Assembly: GCA_902573465.1 (NCBI GenBank)
Contig: CACGJX010000001.1
Coordinates: forward strand, 52,803 to 116,802
Origin: an uncultured Pelagibacteraceae bacterium
GTDB taxonomy: Bacteria; Pseudomonadota; Alphaproteobacteria; Pelagibacterales; Pelagibacteraceae
DNA length: 64,000 nt
Reading direction: 5' to 3'
Under the pieces are notes generated by a model. It saw only the letters and a list, made by a program, of their open reading frames with translations. It had not been told where the DNA came from and ran no database searches. A program made the translations under genes and the position numbers. The first letter of the stretch is position 1; each line of letters opens with the position of its first letter. Positions 58,014 to 64,000 of the stretch are shown here, piece after piece.

Positions 58014-60445
58014 TAGGCTCTCAAAAGTTTATTTTCAGCATCGTATGGACTTTCTTCTACTATTGTAGCTTCATACATTTTTCCAAGAATATCAACTTTA
58101 AGTTTCTCTCCAACATTTGCTAAATCAGGTTTGACCATTGCTAAGGCAATAGATTTATCTAATCTAAATCCATATTCTCCACCCGTTGCCCTTCCAACAA
58201 CTTTATCATCTTTATAAATTGGATTGTTGCCTAAAACATCTGAGTCTGTTGTGTCATGAACCTCTAGTGTTACTAATTTATTATCAAAACCCTTTTCTCT
58301 CCATTTGTTTAGTGCATCAAGTCCTATAAAATTACCCTTGTTTGGATGAATAAATCTGTCTAGGCCAGACTCATAAGGTGAATACTCAATTGATAGTTCA
58401 GTTCCCACAAGTTTATAAGATTTTTCTACTCTTAAACTGTTCATCGCTCTGATGCCAAAAGGTTTAAGACCGAGATCTTTACCTGCTTCCATTAATTTAT
58501 CAAAAATATGGTTTTGATATTCAATTGGGTGATGTAATTCCCAACCAAGTTCGCCAACAAAATTTACTCTCATAGCATTAACTGGAGCATATCCAACATT
58601 AACATTTTTTGCAGTTAACCATTTAAAGTTTTCATTTGAAAAATCATCGGTCGAAACTTTTTGCATAAGTTCTCTTGCTTTTGGGCCTGCTACTACAAGC
58701 ACACCTGTACTATTTGTTAAGTCCTCAAATATAACTGAACCATCGGTTGGCATCCATTTTTGAATCCAGTCATGGTCTAATCTCAAATTCGCTCCAGCTG
58801 ACACCAAATAATAACTATTTTCAGCTTCTTTCATGATTGTGAACTCAGAGTGAACACCACCTTTAGTATTTAGCGCATGACACAAATTAATTCTTCCGAT
58901 TTTTTTTGGAAGTTTGTTAGCAACTAAGTAGTCTAAAAATTCTTCAGCCTTTGGACCTTTTATTCTGCATTTCGCAAAGGCCGTCATATCTAAAAGTCCA
59001 ACATTCTTTTTAACGTTTTCACATTCTTTCTTAATTGCATCAAACCATTTTGATCGTCTAAATGACCAATGATCTTTTTGTTCCATGCCATCTGTTGCAA
59101 AAAAGTTTGGTCTTTCCCATCCAAATTTTTGTCCAAAGACAGCACCAAGATTTTTCATTCTCTCATAACAAGGAGATGTTCTTAAAGGTCTTGCAGCTGG
59201 TCTCTCCTCATCAGGATAATGAACAATAAATACATGACTGTAAGCTTCTTCATTTTTTGCTTTGAGATAAGATTTTGTTGCATAATTTCCGTAACGTCTT
59301 GGTTCAACACCAAGCATATCAATAGTTGGTTCACCATCAACGATCCATTCTGCTAATTGCCAACCTGCACCACCTGCCGCAGTTATTCCAAAACTATGTC
59401 CCTCATTAATCCAAAAATTTTTAAGTCCCCAGGCTGGGCCAACAATAGGATTACCATCTGGTGTGTAACATATTGCACCATTATAAACTTTTTTCACTCC
59501 AACTTCTCCAAATGCTGGAACTCTATGTATTGCTCCCTCAATGTGTGGAGCAAGTCTATCTAAATCTTCTTGAAACAATTCATATTCAGAATCTTTTGAG
59601 GGACCTTCCACATAACACGCTGGTGCACCATCTTCATATGGACCTAATATTAATCCACCAGCCTCTTCTCTCATGTACCATCTACTATCACTATCTCTTA
59701 ATACACCCATCTCTGGCAGACCTTCTTTTTTTCTTTTTTGTATTTCTGGATGCGGTTCAGTTACAATATATTGATGTTCAACAGGAATAACTGGAATATC
59801 TAATCCAACCATTTCACCAGTTTGTCTTGCAAAATTTCCTGAACATGAAATGACATGTTCACATTCAATTGATCCTTTATCTGTTTCAACAATCCATCCT
59901 TCTTTATTTTGTCTCATAGATAATACTGTTGTGTTTCTATAAATCTCAGCTCCTCTATTCCTAGCACCTGTGGCAAGTGCCTGAGTTAAGTCTGCAGGTT
60001 GGATGTATCCATCTTCTGGGTGTTGAATTGCTCCAACTAAATCATCAGTATGACAAAGCGGCCAAATTTCTTTGACTTGTTGAGGTGTCAAAAATTTTAC
60101 ATCAACACCAATTGTTTTAGCTACACCAGCATATTGATGATACTCATCCATTCTATCTTTGGTACTAGCTAAACGGATATTTGAAACAACACTGAAACCA
60201 ACATTCTTACCAGTCTCTTCCTCTAACTTTTTATAAAGATTTACTGCATACTTGTGAAGTTGACCAACAGAATAGCTCATATTAAAAAGAGGTAACAAAC
60301 CTGCTGCATGCCAAGTTGAGCCTGAGGTTAATTCTTTTCTTTCAACTAAAACAACATCTGACCAACCTTTTTTTGCTAAATGATAAAGAGCGCTTACTCC
60401 AACAACTCCTCCACCGACTACAACGACTTTTGCTTTAGATTTCAT
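58013..60445 (-). CDS. Dimethylglycine/sarcosine dehydrogenase (FAD + GcvT domains)
   Basis: [35 protein letters not shown]; coupled to etfBA and ETF-QO. Confidence 0.88.
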   Translation of the reverse strand: MKSKAKVVVVGGGVVGVSALYHLAKKGWSDVVLVERKELTSGSTWHAAGLLPLFNMSYSVGQLHKYAVNLYKKLEEETGKNVGFSVVSNIRLASTKDRMDEYHQYAGVAKTIGVDVKFLTPQQVKEIWPLCHTDDLVGAIQHPEDGYIQPADLTQALATGARNRGAEIYRNTTVLSMRQNKEGWIVETDKGSIECEHVISCSGNFARQTGEMVGLDIPVIPVEHQYIVTEPHPEIQKRKKEGLPEMGVLRDSDSRWYMREEAGGLILGPYEDGAPACYVEGPSKDSEYELFQEDLDRLAPHIEGAIHRVPAFGEVGVKKVYNGAICYTPDGNPIVGPAWGLKNFWINEGHSFGITAAGGAGWQLAEWIVDGEPTIDMLGVEPRRYGNYATKSYLKAKNEEAYSHVFIVHYPDEERPAARPLRTSPCYERMKNLGAVFGQKFGWERPNFFATDGMEQKDHWSFRRSKWFDAIKKECENVKKNVGLLDMTAFAKCRIKGPKAEEFLDYLVANKLPKKIGRINLCHALNTKGGVHSEFTIMKEAENSYYLVSAGANLRLDHDWIQKWMPTDGSVIFEDLTNSTGVLVVAGPKARELMQKVSTDDFSNENFKWLTAKNVNVGYAPVNAMRVNFVGELGWELHHPIEYQNHIFDKLMEAGKDLGLKPFGIRAMNSLRVEKSYKLVGTELSIEYSPYESGLDRFIHPNKGNFIGLDALNKWREKGFDNKLVTLEVHDTTDSDVLGNNPIYKDDKVVGRATGGEYGFRLDKSIALAMVKPDLANVGEKLKVDILGKMYEATIVEESPYDAENKLLRA

Positions 60446-60501
60446 TAAATGATTCCTACTAAATTTTTATTCATAACGAAACAAAATTGTATTATGGATA
60501 A

Positions 60502-60975
60502 TCAAATTGAACTTCCTAGTGCTATTGGGCTAGAAACCATTGTGGTCAACCAACAATCCTTAAGGGGTCCTTCAGCAGTATATTTTTCCACTTGCCAGTT
60601 GAACTTATGATAAATCTTATCTTTATCTAAAATTATCACCTCAAATTGTACCCATTTGTCACCACCTCCAACCTGTGTAATTGTATGGCTTAAGTGATTT
60701 AAGAGCATTTGATATGAGTTACCTTTAATCATCATTTTGAAATTTGGTAGAGGGCCAGTATTTTTTTTGTTACTGGGATGCGCAAAATTCCAGGTTTGCT
60801 CAATCCCACTATCTTTATAATTTAAGTCGTTTTTTTGAAGACCACTTAATTGAATCTCGACAACTTTAGAGGGTTTTATATCACTATTAGGTTTTAGTAA
60901 TTCAGCTTTAGTTATTGAAATTGAAAAGAAAAGAATAATAAAAACTTTAAATATTATCTCGAATTTTTTTAACAT
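60502..60975 (-). CDS. Exported hypothetical protein (DUF4864-like)
   Basis: Signal peptide; VV..QL..L..ND, FAHP.N, F..M, CW.T..V. Confidence 0.65.
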   Translation of the reverse strand: MLKKFEIIFKVFIILFFSISITKAELLKPNSDIKPSKVVEIQLSGLQKNDLNYKDSGIEQTWNFAHPSNKKNTGPLPNFKMMIKGNSYQMLLNHLSHTITQVGGGDKWVQFEVIILDKDKIYHKFNWQVEKYTAEGPLKDCWLTTMVSSPIALGSSI

Positions 60976-60998
60976 CTTTTAAAAATTTAATTATTAAT

Positions 60999-61400
60999 TT
61001 AATTAAAGTATTTTTCATACTCTATCTTCGTGCATTTATTATCAATGTAAATGATGTCATTTGTCTCAACAATTTTTTTTGCTTCATCGTTGCTAATTTC
61101 TAATTGTAACCATAATACCTTTGCATTTATTTTGACAGTTTCTTCAGCAATTGTGACAACTTCATTCGATGGCCTAAACACATCTACTATTTCTACTGGA
61201 TTATCAATCTCTGAAATATTTCCAAAAACTTTTTCTCCTAATATTTTTTCACCTTTCATGAATGGATTGACAGGATAAACTTTAAAACCATTGTCTTGTA
61301 GATATTTCATAACAATAGATGATGTTTTTGTTAAATCTTTACTTGCACCTACTAGAGCAATATTTTTATATTTTTTTAAAATTTCTTTTATATTTTCCAC
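60999..61400 (-). CDS. CoA-binding protein (YccU-like)
   Basis: IALVGAS, YPVNP, IVDVFR, WLQ, C.KIE. Confidence 0.9.
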   Translation of the reverse strand: MENIKEILKKYKNIALVGASKDLTKTSSIVMKYLQDNGFKVYPVNPFMKGEKILGEKVFGNISEIDNPVEIVDVFRPSNEVVTIAEETVKINAKVLWLQLEISNDEAKKIVETNDIIYIDNKCTKIEYEKYFN

Positions 61401-61405
61401 TCTAT

Positions 61406-61594
61406 TTAATTCTCACTCTTTATCTTTTCTTCACAAAACTTCTTAGCTTCTTCAATAGTCATTGGTTGATCCAATTTTTGACTACCTGCAATACAAGCAT
61501 CGATAGATCTTTTAAAATTATGGTCTCTAAAGGTAAAAATAAAATATATACCAATGATTATTAAGATAATTGTTAGAATATTTTTTACTTTCAC
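61406..61594 (-). CDS. Small membrane-anchored hypothetical protein with a Cys pair
   Basis: 62-aa ORF overlapping the upstream stop (GTGA); N-terminal TM. Confidence 0.6.
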   Translation of the reverse strand: MKVKNILTIILIIIGIYFIFTFRDHNFKRSIDACIAGSQKLDQPMTIEEAKKFCEEKIKSEN

Positions 61595-62364
61595 TTATTT
61601 CTCCACTTTGGTTTTCTTTTTTCTAAAAAAGCTGAAATACCTTCTTTTGCATCCATAGCCATCATATTGTATGTCATCATTTGACTGGTATACGAGTACG
61701 CTTTTCTGAGTGGCATTTCTAACTGTTTATAAAAAGCTTGTTTTCCAATTTTAATTGTTAAATTTGATTTTGATGCAATTTTTTTTGCAATTTTCATCGT
61801 CTCACTATTTAATCTTGATTTTGAAAAATAATCATTAATTAAACCAATTTCCTTTGCATAATTTGCTTTAATTGGTTCACCAGTAAGAAGCATCTTCATC
61901 ATAGGTTTTCTATTAATCTTTCTGCTAACTGCAACCATAGGAGTACTACAAAACAATCCAATATTTACTCCTGGTGTTGCAAAAAGTGCATCTTTTGTGC
62001 TGTAAGCTAAATCACAACTAGCAACTAATTGACATCCTGCTGCATAAGCTGCGCCATGAACTTTTGCAATAACAGGTTTTTTACCCTCAACTATTTGAAG
62101 CATTAACTTTGAACAAAGATTAAATAATTTTTTATATCTTTCTTTTTTCTTTAAGTTTTTAACTTCTTTTAAATTATGACCTGCGCTAAAACCTTTTCCA
62201 GCACCCTCAAGAATAATAACTTTAACCTTTTTATCTTTGTCTAATTTTTTTAAAACATTAATTAAATCTTTCAAATTTTTGTAAGATAAAGAATTGTATG
62301 TTTTTGGCTCATTAATAATAACTCTTGCTATATCTTTATTCTGATTAATGATTTTGATATTCAT
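61591..62364 (-). CDS. Enoyl-CoA hydratase/isomerase family protein
   Basis: FSAGHNLKE, PVIAKVHG, AAGCQLVASCDL, PGVNIGLFCSTP, EGISAFLEKR.P.W. Confidence 0.92.
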   Translation of the reverse strand: MNIKIINQNKDIARVIINEPKTYNSLSYKNLKDLINVLKKLDKDKKVKVIILEGAGKGFSAGHNLKEVKNLKKKERYKKLFNLCSKLMLQIVEGKKPVIAKVHGAAYAAGCQLVASCDLAYSTKDALFATPGVNIGLFCSTPMVAVSRKINRKPMMKMLLTGEPIKANYAKEIGLINDYFSKSRLNSETMKIAKKIASKSNLTIKIGKQAFYKQLEMPLRKAYSYTSQMMTYNMMAMDAKEGISAFLEKRKPKWRNK

Positions 62365-62370
62365 TAAAAA

Positions 62371-62745
62371 CTATTTAAGTTTACCGTCTTTTCTCATCTT
62401 TGCTCTTATCTTAGTGGCTGAAATTTTTTGTATTTCCTCAGGTAAAACAATTTCCTCTATTTTGTAACCAACACCTCTTCCATAACAAATGTTTGTAATA
62501 TTAGGAACTAACATAATTTTAAAACATCCCTCAAATTCTGGATTAAGTTTATCTTCAATATTTTTTTTTACTGTTTCAAAGTCAAATGGGTTATCATCCA
62601 CACCTTGTACATCTCTGATTTGTATGCAAACTTGTCCAGTTTTCTTAATTATTTCTTTAAATAAAGTATAGTGACCATCATGAAAGGGCTGCCATCTTCC
62701 TAACATCTGTGCAGTTGGTTTTTTATTGTCCCATTTATAAGACAT
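62371..62745 (-). CDS. Small HxGH nucleotidyltransferase (NadM/cytidylyltransferase-like; start reassigned to 62745)
   Basis: GRWQPFHDGH and ISATKIR motifs; TAATG overlap with the upstream kinase. Confidence 0.75.
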   Translation of the reverse strand: MSYKWDNKKPTAQMLGRWQPFHDGHYTLFKEIIKKTGQVCIQIRDVQGVDDNPFDFETVKKNIEDKLNPEFEGCFKIMLVPNITNICYGRGVGYKIEEIVLPEEIQKISATKIRAKMRKDGKLK

Positions 62746-63152
62746 TATATTATTTCCTTTAATATTTTTGGTGCCCAATTTTTAGCATCTTGAGTGGTAA
62801 CATGATAGTTATACTTCTCTGGTTTTACGAACATTTTATTAGTATCATCAAACCTACCTTCTTTAATAGTATCGACCCATATAATAAAATCTGCTGGAAA
62901 CAACGCTCTCGCAGCAGGGGTTGGACAAACAAAATCTGCAACAACATAATTACCTTGATCTCTGAACTCTTTTGCCTTTGCCCACATTCTTTTCGCCTGC
63001 CTAGTTCTTCCCTCTGCTGAAAAATCCCAATCATTTGCTTCTTTTCTCACTTCATCAGCATTTAGCCACTTTGCTTTTAATAATGGAACTAATTCAGAGG
63101 CTAAAGTCGTTTTACCTGAGCCTGGCAAACCCATAATTAATATAATCTTCAT
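62745..63152 (-). CDS. Short adenylylsulfate-kinase-like P-loop kinase
   Basis: MGLPGSGKTT, NADEVR, DFS.EGR.RQ..R, FVCP; only 135 aa and no canonical DPKGLY lid. Confidence 0.7.
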   Translation of the reverse strand: MKIILIMGLPGSGKTTLASELVPLLKAKWLNADEVRKEANDWDFSAEGRTRQAKRMWAKAKEFRDQGNYVVADFVCPTPAARALFPADFIIWVDTIKEGRFDDTNKMFVKPEKYNYHVTTQDAKNWAPKILKEII

Positions 63153-63257
63153 GAATTAAGATAGTTAACAACCCACTCAATTTTAAGCAACAAATATCAT
63201 TGCGTCATTTGATAAAATTCTTTGACAGCTTTTTCAAAAAAGATAATGATCTATAAA

Positions 63258-63986
63258 ATGAATTTTTCTCTAGAAATAAGCCCAACAACTGATCTTGACA
63301 CTGTTCCGCCTGTAAATGATATTTACATAACAATGTTACCCGGTGGTGATTACAGAGAAACAGCACAACAAGCGGTTGAGTTAGTTAAAAAAGGTTTCAA
63401 TCCAGTACCTCACTTTCCAGCAAGATCAATGCAAGATGAAAAACAACTAAAAGATTATGTTTCAAGGTGTAAAGACGGTGGAGTTAAACAAGTTTTAGTA
63501 ATTGGTGGCGGAAGAGAACCGATGGGAAAATTTGATAGCTCGTTTCAACTTTTAGAGACTGGTTATTTTGAGAAGATGACAATAGGAATTGCTGGACACC
63601 CAGAGGGGAGTCCTGATATATCCGATTTAGATTTAGAAAAAGCTATGATAGATAAAAAGCCTTATGCTGATTATATAGTAACACAGTGGTTATTAGATCC
63701 CCAGCCTATTATAGATTTTGTTTCTAAACAAAGCGTGCCAGTGCATGTTGGAATTACTGGGCCTCTAAAAATATCAAGCTTAATTAAATTTGCTAATATT
63801 GTTGGAGCAAAAAATTCCTTAAATTTTCTTAAATCTAATTTTACTAAGGCGTTAGATTTATTAAAACCTAAAGACCCTAATGATCTAATTGGGAAAGTTA
63901 AATCGCATACTGATTTCTTCCACATTTATACATTCGGCGGCTTGAAGGAAACAAACAAGTGGTTGAAGGAGAATGGTTATGTCTAA
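63258..63986 (+). CDS. metF: Methylenetetrahydrofolate reductase-like protein (start uncertain, 63222-63258)
   Basis: FSLE, PVPHFPAR, AGHPEG, IVTQW, HIYTFGG. Confidence 0.75.
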   Translation: MNFSLEISPTTDLDTVPPVNDIYITMLPGGDYRETAQQAVELVKKGFNPVPHFPARSMQDEKQLKDYVSRCKDGGVKQVLVIGGGREPMGKFDSSFQLLETGYFEKMTIGIAGHPEGSPDISDLDLEKAMIDKKPYADYIVTQWLLDPQPIIDFVSKQSVPVHVGITGPLKISSLIKFANIVGAKNSLNFLKSNFTKALDLLKPKDPNDLIGKVKSHTDFFHIYTFGGLKETNKWLKENGYV

Positions 63987-64000
63987 AGAATTTGACTATA
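63979..64000 (+). CDS. Start of the next gene, truncated by window end
   Basis: GGAG SD then ATG TCT AAA GAA TTT GAC TAT (MSKEFDY), overlapping the metF end. Confidence 0.5.

Noticed and set aside
62745-63152. Canonical cysC for assimilatory sulfate reduction
   Set aside because: Too short, lacks the lid motif, and no cysDN/cysH/cysIJ nearby; gene symbol withheld
2965-63925. Short antisense or nested ORFs in the track (e.g. 2965-3174, 4270-4551, 8473-8727, 19710-20015, 28794-29162, 35200-35544, 48960-49151, 56057-56392, 59461-59790, 62790-63034)
   Set aside because: Shadow frames overlapping well-supported genes, with no motifs or RBS
1-64000. CRISPR arrays, tRNA/rRNA, IS elements, prophage, recoded (Sec or frameshift) genes
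   Set aside because: By eye, no periodic repeats, cloverleafs, transposase/integrase/structural phage genes or split conserved ORFs were seen; phage-like single genes are scattered and not in a module

Overview
AT-rich, densely packed chromosomal segment of a streamlined marine alphaproteobacterium. Gene content, tiny intergenic spaces and the aprMBA/xsc/thiV/amtB-hup arrangement point to SAR11 (Pelagibacterales). I found no tRNA, rRNA, CRISPR array, integrase or transposase. Main blocks: (1) an organosulfonate-to-sulfite-to-APS region (HpsO-like SDR, xsc, suyAB, two sulfite/sulfate exporters, aprMBA, HIT hydrolase; cysQ, rhodanese, an ETHE1-like dioxygenase and a mini APS-kinase-like/nucleotidyltransferase pair lie elsewhere in the window); (2) an SGNH-sxtJ-sxtK-sxtI-like carbamoyltransferase cassette directly behind xsc; (3) pabBAC, metC, mnmA, recX, amtB, HU, rseP; (4) ramB/aceA with a multi-copy operator; (5) thiV with a TPP-family riboswitch whose pyrophosphate-sensing arm is non-canonical; (6) a Fur-boxed Fe(III) ABC transporter with an unannotated CxxCxxxC microprotein inside the operon; (7) folE-acuI-LysR, ETF/ETF-QO/dimethylglycine dehydrogenase and metF. 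Eleven small ORFs missing from the supplied track were translated by hand. Most notable leads: the variant thi-box riboswitch, possible Sat-independent APS handling, two similar 3'-UTR RNA hairpins, an orphan structured intergenic element, a 27-aa bS22/eL41-like basic peptide, and an NrdR-like box upstream of HU. All family calls come from recalled motifs; no database search was run.
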